DNA of 64,000 nt from Bacteroidales bacterium (GCA_028282585.1 JANQHR010000126.1:32001-96000), one strand, 5' to 3'. Shown: positions 9,426 to 20,033, counted from the stretch's first letter. The notes: a model not told the origin generated them from the letters alone. Translations and numbers: made by a program.

Positions 9426-10538
9426 TCAGAAAAATCTATCATTAAATATAAACATTATTGCCCACGTATATTCAAGATTACTGCCCAATATATCATAAAA
9501 ACTTTCGAATCGGATATTTAGGTTAATTCCTTTTAAGACATTTTTGGTATAATCTATTTTCCCTATAGCAAGTTGCCTTAAAGGTTCTTCAACATAGAAT
9601 TTAGTTCTTGAATAGGATTCAAATAATGGATTTCCAATAGGCGCAATATATTGTTCTCCATGCCAATATCCAAAATCCAGATCGAATATTGGAGTTATTA
9701 TGTTCAAAGTTGTATAGCTTGCAATTCCATCAATAAACATTTGCTGCTTATTGGGAGAAAGATCCTCATAACTTACGACATAACTTGCTAAACTAAATTG
9801 TTTAATTAAATTATTATTCAATGGTTTAGACAATTTAATTCCGGTTGCATTATTAAAAATTGTAATTAGAGGTTTTGAAGTATTACTATTAATTTGTCCA
9901 CCTTCATGTCTAATTAAATTCTGGAACGGAATAAATAATTGAAAATTTTTCTTATCAATTATTAGAAATTTCGATGATAATCCTACATTAAACTGCTCTT
10001 GAAATGGATCTCCCTGCACAATTTGCTGTTCCCAATCTAACCATAAGTCTGCAAAAATTCGATCACTATTCCATAAAAACTGGATTCCATTTTCAATGCT
10101 TTTATTTAAATATCTCTCAAAATCAAAAAGAGGTTCAATCAATTTATGGTTTGTAGTTCCATATATGTTTCCAAGAATGAAATCTAAATTTTTATGAATT
10201 TTATATTGAAATGCTAATAATAATCTTGCCTCTACTTCATTTTCACGGCCATAATAGGAGAGAAAATTCCCCCCTAAACTCAATTTTAATTTTGCACTTG
10301 GCGTATAAATAAATCTTGGGGTAATATTAAAACCAAGTAGGGTATATCCTTCCGCAATGGGTCCAAAATACTCGTTGTTTTTAATAAAATTATTGTTATC
10401 AATATGAAGATATAGTTTTCCAGTATCGCTTTTATGAATTTTATAATCTTGAATTAAAATGGAGTCATTTTGCGAATAAGAATGTGCAAAAGTAAAAATA
10501 TTTAAAATGAGTATAGTAAGCGAAGTCTTAAAATTCAT
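9426..10538 (-). CDS. Hypothetical exported protein, probable outer-membrane beta-barrel
   Basis: Signal peptide, aromatic-rich alternating strands, C-terminal Phe. Confidence 0.55.
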   Translation of the reverse strand: MNFKTSLTILILNIFTFAHSYSQNDSILIQDYKIHKSDTGKLYLHIDNNNFIKNNEYFGPIAEGYTLLGFNITPRFIYTPSAKLKLSLGGNFLSYYGRENEVEARLLLAFQYKIHKNLDFILGNIYGTTNHKLIEPLFDFERYLNKSIENGIQFLWNSDRIFADLWLDWEQQIVQGDPFQEQFNVGLSSKFLIIDKKNFQLFIPFQNLIRHEGGQINSNTSKPLITIFNNATGIKLSKPLNNNLIKQFSLASYVVSYEDLSPNKQQMFIDGIASYTTLNIITPIFDLDFGYWHGEQYIAPIGNPLFESYSRTKFYVEEPLRQLAIGKIDYTKNVLKGINLNIRFESFYDILGSNLEYTWAIMFIFNDRFF

Positions 10539-10691
10539 GTAAAATTTTTATGAGTTCGAAAATAAGAAAAAACCCTTAAAAACAACTTTTTATATATCGA
10601 TAAATTCTTAATTAAGGTAAAATTTAAAATTAGATTTAACGTTATTTGTTTTAATTTAGGGCATTATTTTGATAAATCAATTTTACATAAA

Positions 10692-13600
10692 ATGAAAAAT
10701 TTCCGTTTATACAATATTGTTGTTGGCTGGATTTCATTCTTAATAGCTGCAATTGTTTATATGCTAACCATTGAACCAACTGCCAGTTTTTGGGATTGTG
10801 GAGAGTTTATAGCATCTGCATATAAATTAGAGATTGGTCACCCTCCTGGCGCACCGTTTTTTATGATATTAGGTAGGTTTTTTACAATTTTTACAGGATC
10901 TCCGGAAAATGCTGCAAAAATGGTTAATATATTATCAGGGTTGGCTAGTGCCTTTACAATATTGTTCTTATTTTGGACAATCACTCATTTTGTTCGTAAA
11001 ATTGTTATTAAAGCTGATAAAGATTATAGCACCGGGAATATTATAACTATTTTAGGTAGTGGATTGGTTGGTGCATTAGCTTATACTTTTTCAGATACTT
11101 TTTGGTTTTCAGCTGTTGAAGCAGAAGTTTATGCAACATCTTCATTATTTACTGCAGTAGTTTTCTGGGCAATTTTAAAATGGGAAAATGAATCGGACAG
11201 AAAATATGCTAATCGCTGGATTATTTTAATTGCTTATCTGATTGGACTTTCAATTGGTGTTCACCTGTTAAATTTATTGGCGATTCCCGCAATAGTTTTT
11301 GTTTATTATTTTAAAAAATACCCGGTAACTAAAAAAGGAGTATTTTATGCATTATTAATTTCCGGAATTTTATTAGGATCAATCATGTATATATTGATAC
11401 CAGGCATTGTAAAAGTAGCATCTTGGTTCGATTTGTTATTTGTAAATGGATTTGGATTACCATTTAATTCGGGAACAATATTTTACGTAGCTGTTTTAAT
11501 TTCATTGATTATTTGGGGAATAAAATATACTCAGCGAAAAGGTAAAGTTGTATTTAATACCATAATTTTGGGAATGACAGTAGTTTTAATAGGATACTCG
11601 TCTTACGCAATGATTATTATTCGATCATCTGCTGATCCACCAATGGATCAAAATAATCCTGATAATGCTTTTGACTTACTTTATTATTTAAATCGGGAAC
11701 AATATGGAGATAGACCTTTATTTTATGGTCAGACTTTTGATGCTCCCATGGTTGATAATAAAAAAACAAAGCCTGTCTACATAAAAAAAGGAGGTAAATA
11801 TATTATAGCAGATCATAAAATTGAAGTTGAATATGATGATCGATTTACTACGTTATTTCCAAGAATGTATAGTCCGGATAATAATCATGTAAATGAATAT
11901 AAAAAGTGGTCAAATCTTGATGGAGATGAAATTACAGTTAATTCAAGAGGAGGTCAGGTAGAGAAAAGGATTAAACCTTCTTTTGGAGATAATATAGGAT
12001 TCTTTATTAGATATCAGGTTGGCCATATGTATTTTAGATATTTTATGTGGAATTTCGCCGGGCGACAAAATGATATTCAAGGGCATGGAAATGTTTTAAA
12101 AGGAAATTGGTTAAGTGGAATTCCATTTATTGATAATGCAAGATTAGGAGATCAGGATTTGGTTCCCGAGCATTTGAAAAATAACCCTGCAAGAAATGAA
12201 TATTTTATGCTCCCATTTATATTAGGATTAGTTGGATTATTTTTTCATTACAAAAAGCAAAAATATGATTTTACAATAGTGCTAATGTTGTTTATTCTAA
12301 CAGGTTTGGCAATTGTTGTTTATTTGAATCAGTATCCGTTACAACCACGCGAACGGGATTATGCCTATGCAGGATCGTTTTATGCATTTTCAATTTGGCT
12401 GGGTTTAGGAGTTGCAGGATTAATTGATTTATTAAGTAAAAAGGCTCCAAAGGTAATGTCTGCCTCTTTAGTTACTTTAATAACCTTAATATTGGTACCT
12501 GGAATAATGGCATCTGAGAATTGGGATGATCATGATAGATCAGGACGTTATACCGCAAGAGATATGGCATATAATTACCTTAACTCATGTAAGGAGAATG
12601 CTATCTTATTTACAAATGGCGATAATGATACGTTTCCGCTTTGGTATGCTCAAGAAGTGGAAGGCATAAGAACAGACATAAAGGTTTGTAATCTGAGTTA
12701 TTTACGCGCAGCTTGGTATATAGATCAAATGAGCAGAAAATCATATGAATCGGAAAAACTTCCATTTTCATTAACTTATGAACAATACCATAAAGGGAAT
12801 CGCGATATTTTGCCAATTTACGATAGAGTAGGACAGGCAGTTGATGTAAAAGATGTAATGGAATTTATTGCAAGTGATGATCCAAAAACTAAAATTAAAT
12901 CACCTTTTGTCGCAAATGAAACAATTAATTACATCCCAACTGATAAGTTTAAACTGCAGATAAATGCTGAAGATGTGTTGAAAAAGGGTATTGTAAGTGA
13001 AAAATACGCAGATAGAATTGAAGATAAAATGGAATGGAGTTTTGGTCAGCGATATTTATATAAAGACGGATTAATGCTACTTGATATGTTAGCAACAAAT
13101 AATTGGGAGAGACCAATTTATTGGGCAATGACTGTTTCAAGTTCAAAGTATTTTAACCTGCAAAAGTATTTTAAAGTTGATGGGCTAACTTATCAGCTAG
13201 TGCCAGTATTGGCTGAGAATGAAAGATTTTACAGCGGAGAAGTAGATTCGGATGTAATGTATGATAATATAATGAATAAATTTCGTTGGGGTGGAATAGA
13301 AGAAAATGATATTTATTTTGACGAAAATAACATTCGAATGTTTTCTAATTTAAGAAGTAGTTTTGGTCGTTTAGCAGAAAAATTAATTAAAGAAAATAAG
13401 AGAGATTCTGCACTAAGAGTTCTTGATCGATGTATGGAGCTGTTTCCTGATCATAAAATACCTTACAATAATACTTTGATTTCAGTAATTTCAGCGTATT
13501 ATCATGCAGAAGCATATGAAACCGCAGATGATTTGGTACAGAAGCTTTCGGATAAAGTAAGTGTAGAATTAGACTATTATTTTAGTTTAGATCCGAAATA

Positions 13601-13757
13601 CATGATAGGAACTAAAGACATGTCAAAAGAAAAACAATTAAATTTATATATTCTACAGGAGCTATATAAAATTACCGCTGATAATAATCAAATTGAAAAG
13701 GCAAAGGATATTGAATTAAGGTTTATGAATTATATGCAGTTATATAATAGTTATTAA
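10692..13757 (+). CDS. DUF2723-type / TMEM260-like GT-C membrane glycosyltransferase
   Basis: SFWDCGEF, HPPGAP, AVEAEVY, PRERDY, NGDNDTFPLWY motifs. Confidence 0.85.
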   Translation: MKNFRLYNIVVGWISFLIAAIVYMLTIEPTASFWDCGEFIASAYKLEIGHPPGAPFFMILGRFFTIFTGSPENAAKMVNILSGLASAFTILFLFWTITHFVRKIVIKADKDYSTGNIITILGSGLVGALAYTFSDTFWFSAVEAEVYATSSLFTAVVFWAILKWENESDRKYANRWIILIAYLIGLSIGVHLLNLLAIPAIVFVYYFKKYPVTKKGVFYALLISGILLGSIMYILIPGIVKVASWFDLLFVNGFGLPFNSGTIFYVAVLISLIIWGIKYTQRKGKVVFNTIILGMTVVLIGYSSYAMIIIRSSADPPMDQNNPDNAFDLLYYLNREQYGDRPLFYGQTFDAPMVDNKKTKPVYIKKGGKYIIADHKIEVEYDDRFTTLFPRMYSPDNNHVNEYKKWSNLDGDEITVNSRGGQVEKRIKPSFGDNIGFFIRYQVGHMYFRYFMWNFAGRQNDIQGHGNVLKGNWLSGIPFIDNARLGDQDLVPEHLKNNPARNEYFMLPFILGLVGLFFHYKKQKYDFTIVLMLFILTGLAIVVYLNQYPLQPRERDYAYAGSFYAFSIWLGLGVAGLIDLLSKKAPKVMSASLVTLITLILVPGIMASENWDDHDRSGRYTARDMAYNYLNSCKENAILFTNGDNDTFPLWYAQEVEGIRTDIKVCNLSYLRAAWYIDQMSRKSYESEKLPFSLTYEQYHKGNRDILPIYDRVGQAVDVKDVMEFIASDDPKTKIKSPFVANETINYIPTDKFKLQINAEDVLKKGIVSEKYADRIEDKMEWSFGQRYLYKDGLMLLDMLATNNWERPIYWAMTVSSSKYFNLQKYFKVDGLTYQLVPVLAENERFYSGEVDSDVMYDNIMNKFRWGGIEENDIYFDENNIRMFSNLRSSFGRLAEKLIKENKRDSALRVLDRCMELFPDHKIPYNNTLISVISAYYHAEAYETADDLVQKLSDKVSVELDYYFSLDPKYMIGTKDMSKEKQLNLYILQELYKITADNNQIEKAKDIELRFMNYMQLYNSY

Positions 13758-14378
13758 ATGTTAAAAAAAGAACATATTGCAGCAAAAATTCTTAGAGATT
13801 TAACCTGGCATTTTGCAGGAAAAGACAATGAACTTTTCTTAACTTTTGATGATGGCCCTTCTCCTGAGATTACTCCATGGGTGCTATCTATATTAGCGGA
13901 GTATGACGCAAAGGCAACTTTTTTTTGTATAGGAGGCAAAGTAGATAGAAATCCGAGTTTGTATGAACAAATATTGAAAGAAGGACATTCCGTAGGAAAC
14001 CATGGATATTTGCACATGAATGGATGGAGAACAGGAACCGATAAGTATGTTAGAAATGTTTACAGAGCAGCACATTTTATAAATTCGGATTTATTCAGGC
14101 CTCCTTATGGGAGGATTCGTCCAAAACAAATTACTCAATTAAAAAAAGAGTTTAGAATTGTAATGTGGGATGTACTATCAGGTGATTACGATAAAAAAGT
14201 TAATGAAGTAAGGTGTTTGTACAATGTTCTATCTTATGCCGAATCAGGATCAATCATTGTTTTTCATGACAATATGAAGTCTGAGAAAAACCTAAAGTAT
14301 GTTTTACCAAAAGTGCTTGAGCATTTTACGAAAAAAGATTTTATATTTAATTCAATAGAGTATAAAAAAATAGATTAA
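13758..14378 (+). CDS. Polysaccharide deacetylase (NodB fold)
   Basis: LTFDDGP, GNHGYLH, FRPPYG, IVFHD. Confidence 0.92.
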   Translation: MLKKEHIAAKILRDLTWHFAGKDNELFLTFDDGPSPEITPWVLSILAEYDAKATFFCIGGKVDRNPSLYEQILKEGHSVGNHGYLHMNGWRTGTDKYVRNVYRAAHFINSDLFRPPYGRIRPKQITQLKKEFRIVMWDVLSGDYDKKVNEVRCLYNVLSYAESGSIIVFHDNMKSEKNLKYVLPKVLEHFTKKDFIFNSIEYKKID

Positions 14379-15544
14379 GATCTTTTATTAAAAAGGAACT
14401 TATAAATTAACAAAAAAGGTCTTAAAAAATAATAAATAAAAAATAGAGAGTCTTTTATTTTTACTATTTCCCAATCAGACAGATGTGTTCTAAGTCGAAA
14501 CAATAAATCCAGATAATATTTAGAATCTTTTTTAAGTTTTAGTCTGTAAAAAACAAACTTCAGTTTTCCTAAGATATTTTTTTGACTAATATCTTTGGTG
14601 TTTATAGAGTTTAAAGGCATTCTTATTAAGGCAGGTTTTATATTAAATTCGATAAAATTTATCTCTTTAGTATGATATATCTTATTCGAAAGCATACAAG
14701 CCTGAATAAATGTTTTATCTAGTTTTAATTTCTTAGATAGGTCGAAAGCAGATTTTAATTCATTTTCATTGCTTTTTGTAATTGAAACAGAAAAATCTTT
14801 TAACCAAAATAATCTATACCATTGATGAATACTTCCATGCGCAGCCTGATAAACTAAGTTTTCAGTTTTAGAGATATAAGGTAATTTGTAATTTGAAACC
14901 TTCAGGTTTTGTTTGTTAGAGATGATATTATTTGTTTCTAATCCTAAAAATGATTTAGGGTTAGTCATATTCCAATGCAGTTCAATTTCAATTCCTTGAA
15001 TTGAATGGACAAAATGATAATGATGACTTATGCCATAATTGATTTTTTTTTGTTTTTCTGTTAATTTTATAGAAGGATAGACACAGATAAAATTAAAGTC
15101 TTCAATGATTTTTTTTGCTCTTTCAGTATCGCTGTTTTTTACTAAAACATCAATATCCCTGAAATTTCTAAAACCGATATCATTGTATAAATCGATTGAA
15201 AGCAATGGACCTTTAAAGAAACAGTGCTCTATATTTTGTTTATTAAATTCCTCATGAATCCTTATCGCATGTATCGCAAAATTTAAAGCACGTTTTGAGT
15301 GTTCTAACCGGATTTCTATTAATTTTTCGTAAACAGGGATAGGTATTTTTTCTGCTAAAAAAGTAGAATGTTTTAATATATGTGATATGACTCTGTGTTT
15401 AATGGCAAGCTCAAAAAAGTCATCCCAATCAATTTTGGAAAGATCTAATTGATAGTCACTCTCTAATTTATTTTGTGTAAGGTAAATTATAAGTTTGAGT
15501 TCTTCTGAAAATTTTGAACTCATATAGCTTTTTATTTTATTCAT
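14375..15544 (-). CDS. Nucleotidyltransferase family protein (NTP_transf_5-like), lasso tailoring enzyme
   Basis: FKGPLLS...RNFRDIDVLV, IELHW, RLFWLKD; start overlaps the cyclase stop. Confidence 0.85.
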   Translation of the reverse strand: MNKIKSYMSSKFSEELKLIIYLTQNKLESDYQLDLSKIDWDDFFELAIKHRVISHILKHSTFLAEKIPIPVYEKLIEIRLEHSKRALNFAIHAIRIHEEFNKQNIEHCFFKGPLLSIDLYNDIGFRNFRDIDVLVKNSDTERAKKIIEDFNFICVYPSIKLTEKQKKINYGISHHYHFVHSIQGIEIELHWNMTNPKSFLGLETNNIISNKQNLKVSNYKLPYISKTENLVYQAAHGSIHQWYRLFWLKDFSVSITKSNENELKSAFDLSKKLKLDKTFIQACMLSNKIYHTKEINFIEFNIKPALIRMPLNSINTKDISQKNILGKLKFVFYRLKLKKDSKYYLDLLFRLRTHLSDWEIVKIKDSLFFIYYFLRPFLLIYKFLFNKRS

Positions 15545-17409
15545 TTAAACATGGTTGGATTATTTTCAATAAACAGAATTAATTTTAAATAGTTATAAAA
15601 TGCTCCGGGGTTTATATCCCGATATTTTTTTTCTGATCTTTTACGTAATTTATTAAACCATTGTTCGTATTTATTTACATCAATATATTGGGTAATTAAT
15701 TTATTTGATTTTGCCCTTGTAATAATTTCAAGAATTTGTTCCGAATCATTCATCATTCGCATATGAACAGTAGGAATTGTTGCCCCACTTTTATCATTTC
15801 TCCATTGAATTTTTTCAGGAACTATTCCTTCAAGTGATCTTCGAATCAGGTATCTGCCGATTCCGTTTCTAGCTTTCAACCTGGTTGGAACGGATAAATA
15901 ATATTCGATTAAACGGATATCAAGTAATGGATATCTATATTCGATACCATAGTTTCTTGCTATCAAAGAACAATATTCAAGACGCTGTGATACATGCTGA
16001 TGTGTAATTCTTTCAATATTTCTTTGTTGTAGTCCGGTTATATTTAATTTTTGATAATTAGAATAATATCTTTCCTTTATTTTATGTTTTTCTAAAAAAA
16101 ATGGATTGATTGCCAGGTTTTTAAATTTATAAGTCCACCAGGGTTTTTTAAATTTTAGTTTTAAAAGAATCGGGAAACGGGATTTTAAAAAAACTTTAAG
16201 ATACCTTTTTAGATAATTTAAATAATTGGGATATTGATTTTTGAGATCAACCTTAAGTTCTTTCCATTTTTTATTTGCAGCCAATTCATTTAAATATCCC
16301 GAAGATTTTGAGGTAACTACTTCATCGCCACCAAATCCAGAAAGTAAAACAGTTATATTTTCTTGCTTTGCTTTTTCGTATAACTGATCAGAAAATACAC
16401 CAAAATTTTGCTGAAACAAACTTCTGGTCTCACTTACATTTTGTTTTAATGTTTTGAGTAAAGATTTCTCTGATGTTATAAAATTTCGATTCTCTATTTT
16501 ACTATAATTCGCTAATAGATTTATAAAATCCCGTTCATCTTTAAAGGGATGAATTTTTCCAAATAAATGGTCTGGTAAAACATGAGAAAATGATTTAACT
16601 GGAAGAAAGTTTGAGGCTATAGCCATAACACAAGATGAGTCAATTCCACCGCTTAATTCTGCGCCAACCGATTCCACGTATTTGGTTCTGCAACTAACAG
16701 ATTCAAATAGCAAGTGTTTAAAATCGTTAATTATATCAACATCTTTTTTTTGAACTTCCCTTTTAGTGTTTAGTACCCAATATGATTTTATATCGAGCTT
16801 ATTATTTTTTAATATAAGAATGTGTGCCGGAGGTAATTTCTTAACTTCGGCATAAGTTGTTCGGAATTTTTCCGATTTTACAATAGAAATTGTATCGGCG
16901 ACTTGTTGATTGTCAATTGAAAAAACAAGATCGGTTTGTTCTAAAATGCTAGCGACATCGGTTGAAAAAACAAATGAGTCTTTATTAAAATAATAATGAA
17001 AGGGTTTTATTCCCAAATGATCACGAGCACAGAAAAGCTCTTCGTTTTTTGAATCCCAGATCGCGAAAGCAAAATCACCGATTAGGTAATTTACGCATTT
17101 ATTTCCCCATTTTATATATGCTTCTAAAATGATAAAATCATCACTGAGGCCTTTATTAATTTCTAAATCTCTGATGATTTCATTTCTATTGTAAATAACA
17201 GAATCAGAAACCAGGATAAAACCTGCATAATTTAAAATGGGTTGGTTTTCAAAAGGTGGGAAAAGTACTAGCCCAAAACCAGAGTGATTTTCTAGTGTAA
17301 ATTGAGATTTATTTTTTAAATAAACGGTAAGTTTTTTGATACTTTTCTTAAAAAGCTCTTGGTTTATAGGTTCTGTGTTAACGTTTACTCTTCCAAATAT
17401 AGACCGCAT
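15541..17409 (-). CDS. Lasso peptide cyclase (asparagine synthetase-like C protein)
   Basis: GDFAFAIWD, ARDHLGIKP, LSGGIDSS, LSGFGGDE, YPLLD; lacks the N-terminal glutaminase Cys; lasso gene context. Confidence 0.88.
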   Translation of the reverse strand: MRSIFGRVNVNTEPINQELFKKSIKKLTVYLKNKSQFTLENHSGFGLVLFPPFENQPILNYAGFILVSDSVIYNRNEIIRDLEINKGLSDDFIILEAYIKWGNKCVNYLIGDFAFAIWDSKNEELFCARDHLGIKPFHYYFNKDSFVFSTDVASILEQTDLVFSIDNQQVADTISIVKSEKFRTTYAEVKKLPPAHILILKNNKLDIKSYWVLNTKREVQKKDVDIINDFKHLLFESVSCRTKYVESVGAELSGGIDSSCVMAIASNFLPVKSFSHVLPDHLFGKIHPFKDERDFINLLANYSKIENRNFITSEKSLLKTLKQNVSETRSLFQQNFGVFSDQLYEKAKQENITVLLSGFGGDEVVTSKSSGYLNELAANKKWKELKVDLKNQYPNYLNYLKRYLKVFLKSRFPILLKLKFKKPWWTYKFKNLAINPFFLEKHKIKERYYSNYQKLNITGLQQRNIERITHQHVSQRLEYCSLIARNYGIEYRYPLLDIRLIEYYLSVPTRLKARNGIGRYLIRRSLEGIVPEKIQWRNDKSGATIPTVHMRMMNDSEQILEIITRAKSNKLITQYIDVNKYEQWFNKLRKRSEKKYRDINPGAFYNYLKLILFIENNPTMFK

Positions 17410-17423
17410 ATATTCGTTTTAAG

Positions 17424-17496
17424 CAAAGATAAGCAATTTACGCAAGTGTCTTTAAACAACTGAAAACAGGATTTTATCTGTTTTTCAATAAATTTG
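17424..17496. promoter_or_regulatory. Back-to-back promoters of the lasso cluster
   Basis: Minus-strand TATCTTTG at 17424-17431 and plus-strand TAAATTTG at 17489-17496, each 14-17 nt before the respective ATG. Confidence 0.55.
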
Positions 17497-17513
17497 TGTT
17501 AGTTTGCACTAAA

Positions 17514-18410
17514 ATGAAAAAGAAATTTACATATAAAGCATTTGGCTTAATTTTTAACTCGGATTTTGAAATTCCGGAACTCTTAACCGGATCAGGCGAT
17601 ACTGGCATAAAAATCGAGTTGGGGAAGACTCCAAATCAACTTCAAAAAATTACTAATAAAGGAGTAAAATATGAAGCAACTAAAAATGAATTTTTGCTTC
17701 AGGTTGATCACATAGCAAGATATTATGTTCAAGACGGCGAGAAAATAACCATAGAATTATTAAAAGATAAAGTTGATAAAGAAGTTAGGTTGTTTTTGTT
17801 AGGTTCTGCATTTGGTTCTCTTTTTCTTCAAAGGGGATTGCTGCCGATCCATGGGAGTAGTATTAAGTTCAAAAACTTTGCAACTATATTTACAGGCTTA
17901 AGCGGTGTTGGAAAATCAACTATAGCGGCACATTTTGTTAAACTATCTTATCAGGCTTTGGCAGATGACATTAGTGTTATAAATCACCAATTGCAAGTTG
18001 CGCCTGGTTTTCCAAGTTTGAAAATATGGAATGATGTTTTGGAAAAATTGGAAATTGACAGTGAAAAATTAAATCAAATAAGGCCAAATTTTAAAAAGTT
18101 TCGTGTACCGGTTAATGAGCAATATTATTCCGAACCAGTTCCATTGAAAAATATCGTGATTCTTAGCACAAAAAACTCTCCGGGATTTGAAATCGAGGAG
18201 TTAAACGGAATTAAAAAGTTTACTGCAATCAAGAATAATACCTATCGATATCGATTTGTTCAGGGGCTTGAAAAACAACTGGATCATTTTCAGATTCTTG
18301 ATAAGCTCTTGCCGAAAATAAAGGTTTATAAAGTTTCAAAACCACAGGCCCCATTATTGTTAGATGAATTAGGTGATTTTTTATTACAGAAAATTGAATT
18401 AAATGTCTAA
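17514..18410 (+). CDS. HPr-kinase-like lasso peptide kinase (PadeK-like)
   Basis: YKAFGL..SDFEIPEL N-terminus, LPIHGS, GLSGVGKST P-loop, LADD. Confidence 0.85.
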   Translation: MKKKFTYKAFGLIFNSDFEIPELLTGSGDTGIKIELGKTPNQLQKITNKGVKYEATKNEFLLQVDHIARYYVQDGEKITIELLKDKVDKEVRLFLLGSAFGSLFLQRGLLPIHGSSIKFKNFATIFTGLSGVGKSTIAAHFVKLSYQALADDISVINHQLQVAPGFPSLKIWNDVLEKLEIDSEKLNQIRPNFKKFRVPVNEQYYSEPVPLKNIVILSTKNSPGFEIEELNGIKKFTAIKNNTYRYRFVQGLEKQLDHFQILDKLLPKIKVYKVSKPQAPLLLDELGDFLLQKIELNV

Positions 18411-19269
18411 GAAAAATATCATATGGTTGGCTAGTTATCCGAAATCGGGAAATACTTGGTTTCGTATTTTTCTTACTAATTTGTTATACGAATCAGATGA
18501 TCCTGCGAATATCAATGATTTAGCTGAAACCTCCATTTCCAGTTCGCGAAAGATATTTGATGAATACACAGGCCTTTCATCTTCCGATTTAACTTTTGAG
18601 GAAATTGATACATTACGTCCTTATGTTTATCGTATACAATCAGAGGAAAGCAATGAGCTATTGTTTAAAAAAGCTCATGATAAGTTTTATAATGTGAATA
18701 AAAATCAACCCTTGTTTCCACCGGAAGTTTCAAAAGGAGTCATTTATTTTATTCGTAATCCATTGGACGTATTAGTTTCTTTTGCATATCACAGTGCTAA
18801 ACCTATTTCAAGAATGCTACCTTCACTAAATAATTCAAAATATGAATTTTGTGGAAGAGATAACAAATTACAAAATCAGTTAAGGCAAATACTAGGAAGC
18901 TGGTCTGGTCACGTTTGTAGTTGGATCAACCAGGATTTAATTCCGATTCATATCATGAGGTATGAAGATATGATCAATGATACTTTTAATACGTTTAAAC
19001 ATGCCGTACAATTTATTGGATTGAAAAAAACGGATAAACAAATAAAAACGGCCTTGGCAAAAAGTAGTTTTTCAGTTTTATCGAAACAGGAAAAAAAGGA
19101 TGGTTTTAGGGAAAAAATGATTCGCACAAAATTTTTTTTTCGTAAAGGTCAAATAGGTGATTGGAAAAACCATTTAAGTGAACGGGAGGTAGAAAAAATT
19201 GTTTTAAACAATAAAGAAATTATGTTGAAATTCAAATACTTGGACAGTAATTACAAACCTATATTTTAA
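18403..19269 (+). CDS. PAPS-dependent sulfotransferase
   Basis: ASYPKSGNTW (5'-PSB), RNPLDVLVS (3'-PB), FFRKGQIGDWKN. Confidence 0.92.
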   Translation: MSKKNIIWLASYPKSGNTWFRIFLTNLLYESDDPANINDLAETSISSSRKIFDEYTGLSSSDLTFEEIDTLRPYVYRIQSEESNELLFKKAHDKFYNVNKNQPLFPPEVSKGVIYFIRNPLDVLVSFAYHSAKPISRMLPSLNNSKYEFCGRDNKLQNQLRQILGSWSGHVCSWINQDLIPIHIMRYEDMINDTFNTFKHAVQFIGLKKTDKQIKTALAKSSFSVLSKQEKKDGFREKMIRTKFFFRKGQIGDWKNHLSEREVEKIVLNNKEIMLKFKYLDSNYKPIF

Positions 19270-19270
19270 A

Positions 19271-19561
19271 ATGGTTAAAATAAAATTAACGGAAAATACT
19301 TTAATAAAGAGAAAGAATAGTATTCTAGCCAGTGATTTGGATGGGGAAAAGGTTATGATGAGTATCCAAAAAGGTGAGTATTATGGTTTAGGGAAAACGG
19401 GAACTTTTATTTGGGATCACATTGAAAATTACATCTCAATTAGTGATTTAATAACTTTAATTACAGATAAGTATAATGTAAAGAAAGAGCAATGTTTAAA
19501 AGATATTATTCCTTTTATAACGGACCTTATTGAAAAAGAGCTTATTATTGCAACCAATTAG
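19271..19561 (+). CDS. Lasso B1 / PqqD-like RiPP recognition element
   Basis: DLDGEKVMMSIQKGEYYGLGKTGTFIW; 96 aa. Confidence 0.9.
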   Translation: MVKIKLTENTLIKRKNSILASDLDGEKVMMSIQKGEYYGLGKTGTFIWDHIENYISISDLITLITDKYNVKKEQCLKDIIPFITDLIEKELIIATN

Positions 19562-19592
19562 AGTTTTTTTACGTTTAAACTTGTGAACACGA

Positions 19593-20033
19593 ATGATGTT
19601 CAAACAGATAAAGAAATATTGCAGCTTAGATAAAACTGAACGTAAAATCTTGAATCGAACTTTTTTTTGGTTAATTTATGCTTTTGTACTGGTTCGATTA
19701 ATACCTTTAAAATGGTTTAATTCAATTTTAGGGGAATATAACAACGTGGTTGAAGTAACTTTAAACACAAAACAACTACAGTTAATTTTTGTGGTTAAAA
19801 AAAATATAAGAAGAGTAAAAAAACATTTACCCTGGAAAGTTAAGTGTTTTGAAGAAGCAATAACAGCAAAAAAATTACTGGAAATGGTTAATATAAAATC
19901 AACACTTTACTTAGGAGTCAGAAAAGGGAGTAAACAGACCTTAAAAGCTCACGCCTGGTTGAAAAGTGGAGATAAATTTGTTAGTGGAGAAAAAGGATAT
20001 AAAAGTTTTGTGACGGTTGGATTTTATACTTGA
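19593..20033 (+). CDS. Lasso B2 leader peptidase (transglutaminase-like)
   Basis: WKVKCFEEA (catalytic Cys), LYLGV, AHAWL (His). Confidence 0.9.
   Translation: MMFKQIKKYCSLDKTERKILNRTFFWLIYAFVLVRLIPLKWFNSILGEYNNVVEVTLNTKQLQLIFVVKKNIRRVKKHLPWKVKCFEEAITAKKLLEMVNIKSTLYLGVRKGSKQTLKAHAWLKSGDKFVSGEKGYKSFVTVGFYT

Noticed and set aside
15541-17409. Annotation as housekeeping asparagine synthetase AsnB
   Set aside because: The N-terminal catalytic Cys is absent (MRSIFG), and B1, B2 and a precursor are in the same cluster, so lasso cyclase fits better.
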